A stretch of DNA of 63,937 nt, filler included, from Octopus bimaculoides (Eukaryota), in NCBI RefSeq assembly GCF_001194135.2. It is 7 parts of 6 records of this genome, joined end to end, with 100 filler letters (N's around TTAATTAATTAA, not from the genome) between each part and the next. Parts side by side here need not be neighbours in the genome. Positions count along the whole stretch, not along the records: positions 1 to 15,247 come from NC_068987.1; positions 15,348 to 32,178 come from NC_068983.1; 5 more parts are not named here. The stretch is one strand, 5' to 3'. The position numbers and the translations under genes were made by a program. This document shows positions 13,010-24,860 of the stretch, piece by piece. The stretch's first letter is position 1, and every line of letters begins with the position of its first letter. The notes below the pieces were generated by a model. It ran no database searches, was not told the origin of the DNA, and worked only from the letters and a program-made list of their open reading frames with translations.

Positions 13010-13575
13010 ATATATTTCGTTTTTGGATTTGGTTTGCAAGATTTTTTATGAGATTTCGTGTGTTGAAGCATATTCTGTTGGGTTTGGGGAGAGTCATTTT
13101 CTTATTGTGCCTTAAAATTTAACACACTCACCGGTAAAATTTCCACTTACTTCTTATTTTTATTTTCCTAAAATTTTCGTTCCGTCTTGCAACCTTTTCA
13201 GTAGTCTTGACTCTCTTTTCTTTCTTGATGTTCTGTGAGTCCTAATCGCTTGGCAGCTGAATTGATAGATTTTGTGTATAGTTTGGAGGAGGTGCATGTT
13301 TTAATGAAGTGGAGCTGTCGGATAGCTATCGTGATTTTTAGACAGCAGAACACGGTGTTTCTCAGCGTCTTGCTAGCTCGGCCAAAGCTTATTATATTTC
13401 GATTTTGGATTTGGTTTGCAAGATTTTTTATGTGATTTCGTGTGTAGAAGCATATTCTGTTGTGTCTGGGGAGAGTCATTTTCTTATTATGCCTTAAAAT
13501 TTAACACACTCACCGGTAAAATTTCCACTTATTTCTTATTTTTTTCTTCAAGACTATTGAAAAGGTTGCAAGACN
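13010..13575 (-). mobile_element. Penelope-like element 5' fragment with tandem ~150-bp pseudo-LTR duplication
   Basis: Direct repeats at ~13014-13165 and ~13393-13545; ORF 13198..13479 contains KITIAIRQLHFIKTC..SKLYTK, resembling the PLE ORF N-terminus (HL.FL..C). A diverged copy lies at ~26360-26480. Confidence 0.6.
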
Positions 13576-13677
13576 NNNNNNNNNNNNNNNNNNNNNNNNN
13601 NNNNNNNNNNNNNNNNNNNNNNNNNNNNNNNNNNNNNNNNNNNNNNNNNNNNNNNNNNNNNNNNNNNNNNNNNNNNT

Positions 13678-13950
13678 ATATATATAAATAATACAGAATG
13701 GGACAAGAACACAAAACATCCAGACAGTTAGGTGATACACGAAAGGGACAAAACATCTAGATAGACGATACAAAGAAAACACACACAGGTCATTCGGAGT
13801 TTTCTTTCTTCAGTCAAGATCCAGATTATCCATGCAATTTCGGCTGGTTATTCTCGATATTGCTCCAATCTGGCCAGCCCCATGGAAAAACTAAGCTAAG
13901 AGCATTAGATTCCTTGGAAGAAAGCAGCGAATGTATACAAAAACAAGGAC
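13678..13950. mobile_element. (TA)n-abutting dispersed repeat, probably PLE pLTR-derived
   Basis: Starts at a (TA)n tract and truncates the outer TIR of the adjacent maT element; minus strand has GGCTGG...CCAGCC-GAAA and CTGAAGA motifs but no complete ribozyme. Confidence 0.35.
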
Positions 13951-13951
13951 G

Positions 13952-15100
13952 GTATTTGAGGACAGATTTATGGTTAAAAAAACCGTTTATATAATAACAG
14001 AAAAAAAAACTATATCTTTATAAAAGATTGCATAAACACAAAGCTAAATTATCAATTTAATAATTTGTTTCAATAAAACGACCATAATCATCAATAACTG
14101 CTTCTACGCGGGGTTGAAATCGTTTACAAGCTCGGATGACACGAACTATGGCGGCTTTCAGAAATCTTTGGTGCTACAGGGGTGTTCATTGACATTTTTC
14201 TCAACGATACTCTATATATATATAATAGTCCACTGGATTGAGATCTAGAGAATTAGGAGGCCAAATGTTGGGGGTGATGTGATCATGCAAATTGTTGGCC
14301 AACCATTCTTGTGACATTTAAGCTTTGTCTGATGGTGCAGAATCTTGTTGAAAGACATAAGACCTTCCATTGCATACACTGTTGACCCAAGGCTTAACAA
14401 CTTTATCCCTAAGGTCTTGTGGAAAAAAACGAGGAGGCATCACATGTCCTTCATTGTTAACAGCACCTAAAACCATGACACTTGCAGGACATTTTGTGTG
14501 CATTACTCTTGGAACCTCAGAAGGGTCTGCACATAGCCATTTGCCATTTTTTATGTTAGTTTTCTGGTTCTGGTCAAAGTTTTTCTCGTCTAGAAAAACC
14601 AAATCACACTGTCTTGTGATGAATTTTTAAGTTTGCTCAAAAGTCATTTGGATCTGATTAAACGGTTTTCTTTTTTTCTTTTTTTTCTGACATGAATTGT
14701 CTTCTCCTCACCACGTAAGATTTCTACTTGATGTCTTCATGCACAGCATTTCCGATTGTCTTTTCTGATACATGAAATTTTTTTGCAATTGCCCTCATTG
14801 ACTTTCCTGGATTGTCTTCAATATTTTGCTTGACTTCCTGAATAAATTCCGATGTCCTGACAGAATCAGAACATTTGGAATGCTTTTTACGTTTTGATAC
14901 AGGTAATACGCTTCCATCTTCCTTATCTAACTAACACCGAATGCTTGGACCTCAAAGCCACAATCACAGCATGACTTTTCATTTCATTAGTAAGCATAGG
15001 GCCTGCCATTGTTATTTTCTGAAATAAAAGTTCAATAAAAATTAGTCAAACAAAATAATGACTAAAAATGCACGTGTCCTCAAATATTGTCCGCACCCTC
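13952..15100 (-). mobile_element. Near full-length degenerate maT-type (DD37D) Tc1/mariner element
   Basis: ORF 14318..14602 (VFLDEKNF...SVMVLGAVNNEGHVMPP...YVFQQDSAP) continues to WPPNSLDLNPVDY; TIR GAGGGTGCGGACAATATTTGAGGAC near 15100 is partly mirrored by GTATTTGAGGAC at ~13952. Confidence 0.85.
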
Positions 15101-15347
15101 TATTTATTTATTTATTTATTTATTTATGTGTTTCAGCCAAGTGGCTGCGGTCATGCTGGTGCACCAATATGTATATTTGAAAAAAAAATGAATAGAAATG
15201 ACTTTTCTGACAATTTTCCCTCTTTAATAATTAGATCTAATTATTAANNNNNNNNNNNNNNNNNNNNNNNNNNNNNNNNNNNNNNNNNNNNTTAATTAAT
15301 TAANNNNNNNNNNNNNNNNNNNNNNNNNNNNNNNNNNNNNNNNNNNN

Positions 15348-15388
<41 letters not shown>

Positions 15389-15403
15389 GTATGTATGTGT
15401 GTG

Positions 15404-15436
<33 letters not shown>

Positions 15437-16396
15437 GTATATGTGCATGCCAAACACCTACTCACCTATATAGACATGATATAGTTTCATGACTATTCGA
15501 AATCAGCGTATGTATATAAATATACTTGCTCTCTCATGTGTATGTATGTATGTATGTATGTATGTATGTATGTATGTATGTATATATGTATGTACGTGAG
15601 TCATTGCTGATGTGTTTTCCTCAAGAAAACATATATATCTCTCTCTAGACGTTTTTATGTCAAAGTGTAAAAGTTTACAATAAAAGAAAACTGAAAGAAA
15701 AAAAAATACTCAAAAAAGAAATAAAATATATATATATATATACAAAAAGAAATGTTTGACTTAATTATGCCCTGCGAACGAATTTATTGGGAAATGTTCA
15801 ATAAAACCTTTTGTTCGTTTATTGCCATCCGAAGTTACAATGAGATTGAAAATAAGGAGGGAAAGAAGATGTGTTGGCTAAACAATAAGTTATACAAAAA
15901 ATTTATAAGAAAAATCACAAAAACGTCTGAATATTTCAATAAATAATTTTGCCATATCAGAAAAAACAAAACAAAAAAAATGACGTTTTAAAAAATGTTG
16001 CATTCGTTTTATAAGTCAACTGTGTATGATATCACTGTTATTTATTTGTTATCATTTAAATTTTTATCTATTTTGTTTTTTTTTAGTGTGATATCTCTTT
16101 TTGCAAAGTGATTTCGACAGAGTTAGCCTGATATACCAACTGATTGCGACCTAAAGTTTCAAAATATTTGATTTATCATTGAAGAGTGTATATAAATAAA
16201 CGGTTCAGTAATGGCCATCGGTGGTAAAGCATATAATCTGCGTCCAAGCTGTGTAATCTTTCTATACCAAGTTTACAGACTATGTCAAAGTACGACTTAA
16301 AAATCTACAGTATTTCCCTAATCTATTTTCGTCTTTTCGGCCTATTTCTGCTTTTAACTCTCTTTATGTTACTGTAGAAAATTATTTATTTATTTA

Positions 16397-16458
<62 letters not shown>

Positions 16459-16893
16459 CCATTTTTGCCCTTCAAACTCGTTTCTTAGTTTGTCTTTAAT
16501 ATCTTCTTTTAATATCTCTAATCTGTCTCCAGGCTCTCTTCACTTTAATCTTTTTTCCTTCAGTTTTATAAATATCTTCTGTCTTTATGTTCATCTGCCA
16601 TAAATCGTTCTTAGTGTTTAACTTGTCTAATCTTTGCTTCCTTTGAACAGGCAAAAACGGCAAAATATTCCCACTTTCGTCACTAATCTTTTCTCGTCAT
16701 AATCTGCATTTAATCTGTAATCTCTTCTGAGTTTTCTCCTGATTTAAATTCTCACCTCTAAATATTTCCTTTTTCTTTTCTCTTTATGAACCCTCATTAA
16801 TATATTTTCTCTCTGATTATTTCTCCTCTCTTTTTCCTGCCATTAATCACCAACGATAAAAGCTGTTGGTGATTACAAATTAAAGCCTCTCAC

Positions 16894-16929
16894 TTTGAAA
16901 AGTTCGAATGACAACTTCTTTTCCGCCAT
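16894..16929 (-). CDS. Candidate first coding exon MAEKKLSFELFK
   Basis: AAAATGGCGG (Kozak/YY1-like) start, open 36 nt, donor AAA|GTGAGA. No convincing downstream exon found. Confidence 0.25.
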
Positions 16930-17744
16930 TTTGTTACTTCATTGGCCGCTATGTAAGAACACACAGATAAGCCTCTACCTGCTAGAACTGACAGCCAAAT
17001 ATTTTCCACAAATCTCACCCACGTTGTTTTACATCAGGGTCTCTGTGAATGGCAGAAGAAAAGGAGAGAGTTCTCAGACGGGAAACCTGAGCCAAATGCT
17101 TGCAACAGAATGCTAGCTGTAAAACGCAGGGGATTCTATAATAGCAGTAACAGAAGCAGCGAGGAGAGACATGACTGCGCGTCTGTAATGTAGAGATTGT
17201 GACATGTTGGAGTTAGTGAATATTTGCCAATAAAACAGGTGATTTTTGGATGTAGTTTCGCGTGCTTATGTGTGTAGTAATAGTACAGTTATAGGTATTT
17301 GATCAGTATTTCAGTGTGAGTCTTTCTTGTGGTGCCTTGTTGAATGTCATTAACTTGTGTGGGCAGAAGAAGTTTCTGTGAAAACTATACCTCCTAAAGA
17401 TACCAAAGAACCTGATGGTGGTTGAAACCAGCTGATGACTAAGCATCAAAAACAATTCAGAACGCTAAAGAACCGGAACAAATATACTCTAGCAATCCAG
17501 TGAATCCACTGTCTTAGCTAAGGAATCATATTGGGTTACGTGGCCCTATGTACACTGTGTCTATTGGAAAGACAAAATGTTGAAGGATTGAATTTGTTTC
17601 TCGTAGCTCGACTTGATCAGGGCTGATCCGGAGCTAAACGACAGCAGCAGCAACAAGAACAGCAAAGATAACAACAAAAACAGCAGCAATGTCAAAACGA
17701 ATGATAAAATAACAAGACGAAAAACATCATTATCATTATCATTA

Positions 17745-17895
17745 ACAACAACAACAACAACAGCAGCAGCAGCAAGAAGAAGAAGAAGAAGAAGAAGAAG
17801 AAGAAAAAGAAGAAGAAGAAGAAGAAGAAGAAGAAGAAGAAGAAGAAGAAGAAGAAGAAAAAGAACAATAACAACAAGAACAACAAGAACAACAA
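17745..17895. repeat. (AAC)n-(CAG)n-(AAG)n compound microsatellite
   Basis: Read directly; explains the poly-T/A/R ORF 17613..17957. Confidence 0.95.
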
Positions 17896-18444
17896 TAATT
17901 CAGGAAAGAAACATTTTTCTTTTGTTTCCCGGTTATTCCATGTTGGATTTATTGTAAGGAGATGGTTCGAGTTGTTTACAAAGAAAGAAAAAAAAGATGT
18001 TAGACTTAATCAGTTGCCTGGTTTGAATTCCACCGATTTGGGTTCCTTGAACGGAGTTCACTGGTGTTGCGAGCGTTCGGGTCAGTGTTTCGGTTTGAGG
18101 TTTACGTCATCTCTTCATACGACGACACTTGGTGTGGAAGACGAAGAAACTAAGAGTCATGGGCGCAGCTTTGCGAGGGAGACAAACACAAGTCCATTGT
18201 ATTTCTGACGACGAGAATGACAAGGGAATGTCCAACTCGATGAGATAAAAAAAAAACAAACAAAGAAGCTAGACAGAATATCATCTTTGTGAATCAAATT
18301 TCACTCACAACATATTGGTGAACTTGATGCTATGACAGAAGACACATGCTCAAGGAGTGTCACGAAGTGGAATCGAACCTGAAATTGTAAAGTTGTGAAG
18401 CCAATTTCTTAACAATTCTTGTGATTGTCACTTCGTTATAAAAA

Positions 18445-18660
18445 TTAATTTCAAATTTTGGTACGCGGCCAGCAACTTCGAGGTAGGGTAACTCAATTAT
18501 ATCGACCCCAGTGCTCAACTGGTACTATTTTAGCGACCCTGAAAGGACAAAAGGCAAAGTCAACGTGGCGTACTTTGAACTCAGAACGTAAAGACAGACA
18601 AAATGCCGGTAAGTATTTTACCCGGGATCCTAACGATTTCGCCAACTCACTGCCTGGTAG
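18445..18660 (-). mobile_element. SINE family A
   Basis: Reverse-complement match to family A body and head. Confidence 0.8.
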
Positions 18661-18849
18661 AAGGATATAAATATTAAAACAATGTGATTGTTACTTGTTT
18701 ATGTAACAATCACAGATCTATTATTTTGCACTTTTCTCACCAAGATGTTTTTTACCTTCATTCATGCCGTACATTGTCTTTTACAAACTTCACTCGTTTA
18801 TAGTAAAAAAAAAAAAAAAATGGCATCCAACCTTGTAGCTTGTTAAACC

Positions 18850-19075
18850 ACGTGGCCTAGTGATTAAAGGTGTTTGACTCACGATCGTGAAGTCGTGATT
18901 TCAATTCCCAGACCTGGAAAAGCCTTGTGTTCTTAAGTAAAACAATTCATTTTACATTACTCCAGTCCATTAAACTGAGATTGAGTATCAGCAAGTGGGG
19001 TTAATCCTGCAATGGAATGGTCTCCTACTCAGAGCGGGTAGGGGCGGGGGTACTGCGCCCTCTCGGTCGCTTATA
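18850..19075 (+). mobile_element. Degenerate tRNA-derived SINE related to families C/D
   Basis: Head CGTGGCCTAGTGATTAAAGG..TCACGATCGTGAAGTCGTGATTTCAATTCC and TTGTGTTCTTAAGTAAAACAATT resemble the 35.4 kb and 36.8 kb heads. Confidence 0.55.
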
Positions 19076-20574
19076 GATTATTGAATTTAAAATTTAAATA
19101 ACTCTCCTTTAAAGACATTTAAGGGACTTGAAACAAATTTTCACGCAACTCATTACTTTTTTTATATTTGTTTGTTATTGTGTTCACAAGAAGGCACTTG
19201 TGGTTGTTGTTTAACACCAGGTCAGGAATGATCAGACAGAATTATGACGCTCAAAGCACGATCATTATCTCTCTTTTCCGACACGAACCTAGAAACACTT
19301 AAACTGCTTTTTTTAGTTATTATCATTGTTGTTGTTGCTGCTGTTGTTTTTGTTGTAGTTATTGTTGTTTAACCTAGGGTCTGATCGAGTCGACGTATGA
19401 TTAAAGCCACAACTAAACTTTTTTTTTTGTCAAACGTAATGAGTCTAAGGCAACATTTTCTAACATCAACCTTGATCGACAGACTTAAGATCAAAGGTGA
19501 ACAAGCCATAACATCTGCGTCGTTTTTCAGACATAACGTACCTAGGACTATATTATCCAATGTGTGGCTTTCATTCTTCTTGTTCGTTTAGCCCCAGGTC
19601 AATCGTAATTGAGTAGGCTGTTGATGAAAGACATTTTCACGGTATTTCAGGCATAATTAATCTTGAATACATGACCTGATGTGAAAGACGCTACAGTGTG
19701 TTTTAAGGAAGTTTTGTGTAGATTTCTAACGGATATAGTGGCGCCATGATATTTCTCTCTTTGCCACTATGCAGAATTTAGTTTGTCATCTTATATTAGA
19801 TCACAACTTTGTGAAACAACTAAGTTTAGCTATGTTGCGGTCATGAAGTATTATTTCCGACTCTAGAAAGGAATAAATAACTAAAATGAAACAAAACTGA
19901 TTTATCACAAACTCACCTACGTTTTGTCACAGAAAGCACAGATATCTTCGATCGTTACTACAATAACAACTCCTCCGCCTCTTGCCGCCTTAATCCTTAA
20001 TCCCTTTCTCCTATAGGCACAAAGCTGATATTTTGAGGGAAGGGGTAATCCGTTACATCGAACTGAGGACTTAACTGGTACTTGTTTCATTGACCCCGAT
20101 GATATGAAAGACTAAATCGACCACTGTGGAATTTGAAATCAGATTATAAAGCGGAGAGAGACGCAGCTAAGTATTTTGTCTGGCGTACCATTTTGCCAGT
20201 TCACCACCTTAATAATCTTTTCTACTTAAGGCGTAAGGCCGGAAATTTCGTGAGAGGGAACTAGTCGATTAAATCGACCCCAGTACTCAACTGGTACTTA
20301 ATTTACTGACCCTGAAAGGATGAAAGGCGAAGTCAACATCGGCAGAATTTGAACTCGGAACGTAGCGGCAGACGAAATACCGCTGAGCATTTCGCCCGGC
20401 GTGCTAACGATTTTGCCAGTTAGCCGTTTTAACAATAATAATCCTTTCTACTATAAGCACAAGGCCTGGAAATTGGAGGAGGTGGCTAGTCGATTACATC
20501 GATCCTAGTGTTCAATTGGTACTTAATTTATCGACTCTGAAAGGATGAAAGGCAAATTTGAACTCAAAACGGTA

Positions 20575-21523
20575 TTTATCCGGATCCTTACGTTTTGAGT
20601 TCAAATCCCGTCGAAGTTAACCTCATCCTTCGTCCTCCTGTTGTCTTTAAAATAAAGCGCCAGTCACGTACTAGGGTTGATGTGAGAGATTAACACCTTT
20701 CCATCTCAAAATTGCTGGCCTTGTACCAAAATAATAGTAGTAGTAGTAGAGTAGCTATCTGGCAGAGTCGTCGAACAAAATACTAAGAGCGCTCTGCGTT
20801 CAATTTCCGCCGGCGTCTGCTTCTCCTTTCATTGTTTTGCGGTCGATAAAATATGTACCAGTTGAGCACTGGAGTCGATGTAATTGCCTAACTCCCTGAC
20901 TCGGAATGGCTCGTCTTGTGCCAAAATTAGAGAAAATAATTATTATTATTAAGGGGGTTAAGCATTTCGCCCGACGTGTTAACGATGATGATGATGATAG
21001 TTACAAGTTTTGGTACAAAGCCAGTAATTTTGGGAGAGGGGTAAGTCGGTTAAGTCGATCCCAATGCTCAGCTGGTCTAATTTTATCGGCACTCGGCCCC
21101 CAGCGAAATGTCCCGGCGGGCAAACGATTCTGCTAGCTAACCCCCTTAATAATAATTATTATTTTCTCTAATTTTGGCACAAGACGAGCCATTCCGAGTG
21201 AGGGAGTTAGGCAATTACATCGACTCCAGTGCTCAACTGGTACATATTTTATCGACCGCAAAACAATGAAAGGAGAAGCAGACGCCGGCGGAAATTGAAC
21301 GCAGAGCGCTCTTAGTATTTTGTTCGACGACTCTGCCAGATAGCTACTCTACTACTACTACTATTATTTTGGTACAAGGCCAGCAATTTTGAGATGGAAA
21401 GGTGTTAATCTCTCACATCAACCCTAGTACGTGACTGGCGCTTTATTTTAAAGACAACAGGAGGACGAAGGATGAGGTTAACTTCGACGGGATTTGAACT
21501 CAAAACGTAAGGATCCGGATAAA
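20575..21523. repeat. Near-perfect inverted duplication: arms 20575-20960 and 21138-21523 (386 bp), 177-bp spacer
   Basis: Arms are reverse complements base for base with about 1 mismatch seen (CCCTGACTC vs CCCTCACTC), including the private mutations of two decayed SINEs. Confidence 0.95.
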
Positions 21524-22002
21524 ATATCGCACGGCTTAATGTTCGACGCTGTAGTTTTACAGCCAGTCCAACGACCTTCATAATAATTTCTAATTTAAGA
21601 ACAAGGCTAAATATTTCGAGGGGTGGGGTTTGCTCATTACCTCGACATCAGTATTTGACTGGTACTTTATGTTATTCTATTGACTCCAGAAGCATAAAAA
21701 GCAAAATTGACTTCGATGAAATTTGAACCCAGAATTTAAGGAGTTATGAATAAATATCGCAAGGTGTTTTATCGGACGCTCTAACACTTCTGCCAATTTA
21801 ACGTTAACGACAATAATTCTTTCTAATTTTCGCACAAGGCCAGCAATTTTCAAGGGGGAGAGTCGATAAGATCGACCCCAGTATATTACTGGTGCTAATT
21901 TATTCGACCTCGAAAGGATGAAAGGCAAAGTTAACCTTGGTGGAATTTGAACACATTTCTTCCGTAAAGCCGGAAGAAATGTTCGGCATGATAACAACCC
22001 TA

Positions 22003-22410
22003 AGGAGTGGCTGTGTAGTAAGTAGCTTGCTTACCAACCACATGGTTCCGGGTTCATTCCCACTGCATGGCACCTTGGGCAAGTGTCTTCTACTATAGCC
22101 ACGGGCCGACCAAAGCCTTGTGAGTGCATTTGGTAGGCGGAAACTGAAAGAAGCCCGTCATATATATGTATATATATATGTGTGTGTGTGTATATGTTTG
22201 TGTGTCTGTGTTTGTCCCCCCAATATCGCTTGACAACCGATGCTGGTGTGTTTACGTCCCCGTAATTTAGCGGTTCGGAAAAAGAGACCGATAGAATAAG
22301 TACTAGGCTTACAAAGAATAAGTCCTAGGATCGATCTGCTCGACTAAAGGCAGCGCTCCAGCATGGCCGCAGTCAAATGACTGAAACAAGTAAAAGAGTA
22401 AAAGAATAAA
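22003..22410 (+). mobile_element. SINE family B, young full-length copy nested in the family A cluster
   Basis: Complete head, CORE (GGCACCTTGGGCAAGTGTCTT), (TA)/(TG) tract and 3' end. Confidence 0.9.
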
Positions 22411-24349
22411 CCCTGCCAGTTCGCCGCCTTTACACCGATAACGATAAAAGGCAGAAGGCTCGAAGTCTCGAGGAAGGGGACTAGTCGAATCGATGGCTAG
22501 TGCTCGACTGGCACTTATTTTATCGACCCTGAAAGGATGAAAGGTAAAGTTGACCTCGGCAGGATTTGAACTCAGAATGTAAAACCGAGAGAAATGCCAC
22601 GTGCTAAGGATTCTGTCAGTTCAGCGCTTTACAGCTGATAATAATAATAATAATAATCTTTCTTACTATAAGGACAGGGCCTGATGTTTTAACTGATGTG
22701 ATTAGTCGATTACATTGGCTCCAGTACTTGACTGGTACCTTAAGGGTGAAAAGCAAAATCGACCCCGACGGAATTTGAACCCAGAACGTAAAGTCAGACG
22801 AAATGCCGCTAACGATTTTATCCGGTGTGCTAACGATTCAACCAGCTCGCCACCTTACCGCCAATGATAATAATAAGGGTTTCAAATTTTTGCCACAAGG
22901 GCAGCATTTTGGGGTAGGGGATGAGTCTATTACATGAACCCTAGTGTTCAACTGATACTTATTTTATCGGCCCCGAACCGATGAACGGTAAAGTCGACCT
23001 TGGATTCAGAACATAGTAACGGACGAAATGCGGCGAAGCGTTTTATCCGGCGCCAATGATAGATTCTTCATTAAGCCACGCAGGGTCGAAACCGATCAAT
23101 ATGGATCGAAAACGTTTTGGGACGTGTACACAAAGGATAACAAAGTGTCGTTTTAACAAGTGAAATTCCCCAAAGGAGGAGAAAATAAAACACTGACAAG
23201 GGCTATCCGTGGAAAGAAAAACCTACGAAAAAAACCACGGTAACCCCGGAAAAAAAAACCATGAGAGCAAAACGCCCTTTGTCTTTTCGTTCTATAAGGA
23301 TCTTGCTCAAAATGGGCCCGTCCTTCATGCGTACCATTCTTGCTACATTCACCCACCTTTTATTGAAATTTTCATTAGNNNNNNNNNNNNNNNNNNNNNN
23401 NNNNNNNNNNNNNNNNNNNNNNNNNNNNNNNNNNNNNNNNNNNNNNNNNNNNNNNNNNNNNNNNNNNNNNNNNNNNNNNNNNNNNNNNNNNNNNNNNNNN
23501 NNNNNNNNNNNNNNNNNNNNNNNNNNNNNNNNNNNNNNNNNNNNNNNNNNNNNNNNNNNNNNNNNNNNNNNNNNNNNNNNNNNNNNNNNNNNNNNNNNNN
23601 NNNNNNNNNNNNNNNNNNNNNNNNNNNNNNNNNNNNNNNNNNNNNNNNNNNNNNNNNNNNNNNNNNNNNNNNNNNNNNNNNNNNNNNNNNNNNNNNNNNN
23701 NNNNNNNNNNNNNNNNNNNNNNNNNNNNNNNNNNNNNNNNNNNNNNNNNNNNNNNNNNNNNNNNNNNNNNNNNNNNNNNNNNNNNNNNNNNNNNNNNNNN
23801 NNNNNNNNNNGTGGTGGTGGTGGTGGAAAGGGCGATGAGGGGGGGGGGATGAGAGGAGGAGGGGAAGAAGAAGGGGGTTAATATTTGTGGTAATACATAA
23901 AGCATGAATTCTGTAAGTTTGAACAGCAGAAAAAAAAAGAGAGAAAAAGAGAGAAAAAGAGAGAAAGAAAGAACAAAACAGAACAGAACAGAAAGATGCG
24001 TGATTTTATGTATAGTGAATTTTGCTACTTAGCTTTGTCTTCAGTTCGGTAAATGGAGCCTTCACTAGAGTAAAGAGAATGAAAACCTGGCTGTAATTTC
24101 TACCAAACCAGAACCTACCGGCGTCGTGCGGTAATAATGATAATGGTGGATAATTATGATGATAGTGTTGGTTGACGGAGGGTGGGCGATGGCTGTGATC
24201 ATCACCTTCTTAACTCCTCTGCGCCGCTATGCTTTCGCATTCGCCTTCACATCAAACCAACATCTCCATTCACCAGAGGCATTGGCAGCGTTATCAGCCA
24301 AAATTAGGAGAATGGTAATTAAGAGCATCAGGAAACCAAACAAAGCTGA

Positions 24350-24417
24350 TGCCACCACCACCACCACCACCACTACCGCCTCTAGCACAACCAAGATTAC
24401 TACTACTACTACTACTG

Positions 24418-24471
<54 letters not shown>

Positions 24472-24581
24472 TCACCCCCACAACCGCCACCACTACAACC
24501 ACCACAATGACCGCTACCACCACCACCACCACCACCATCGTTATTATCATCATCTTTATTATCATTATTATCATTATTAAA

Positions 24582-24623
<42 letters not shown>

Positions 24624-24828
24624 TCCATCACCACCACAACCTCCATCACCACCACAACCTCCATCACCACCACTACCACTACCACCAACACCACCAGAAC
24701 CACCAGCACCACTAGCACCACCAGCACCACCACCACTATCATCATTATTATCATCATCATCATCATCTTTATTATCATCATCATTATTATTATTATTAAA
24801 ACTACTATTACTACTACTACTACTACTT

Positions 24829-24859
<31 letters not shown>

Positions 24860-24860
24860 A
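24350..24860. repeat. Cryptic (ACC)/(ACT)/(ATC)/(ATT) trinucleotide region with an internal duplicated block
   Basis: Block ...ATCATCTTTATTATCAT...ATTATTAAAACTACT... occurs at ~24540-24600 and ~24760-24815. Confidence 0.9.

Larger units (their letters stand above)
20010..23050 (-). mobile_element. Dense cluster of more than 10 family A SINE copies, mostly head-to-tail on the minus strand
   Basis: Repeated GAAAGGATGAAAGGCAAAGTCGAC...GAATTTGAACTCAGAACG units separated by (TAA)n tails. Confidence 0.85.

Noticed and set aside
15238-15346. TTAATTAATTAA flanked by ~45 N on each side, repeated at ~32179, 37719, 49012, 57956 and 62817
   Set aside because: Identical palindromic six-frame-stop spacer inside ~100-bp gaps: a scaffolding artefact, not biology.
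17960-18240. CpG-rich segment with several 45-78 codon frames
   Set aside because: Multiple equally plausible frames and no homology recognised; cannot support a CDS call.
19918-19960. Minus-strand exon-like VTIEDICAFCDK with a GTAGGT/GTGAGT donor
   Set aside because: Isolated, with no compatible neighbouring exon found.
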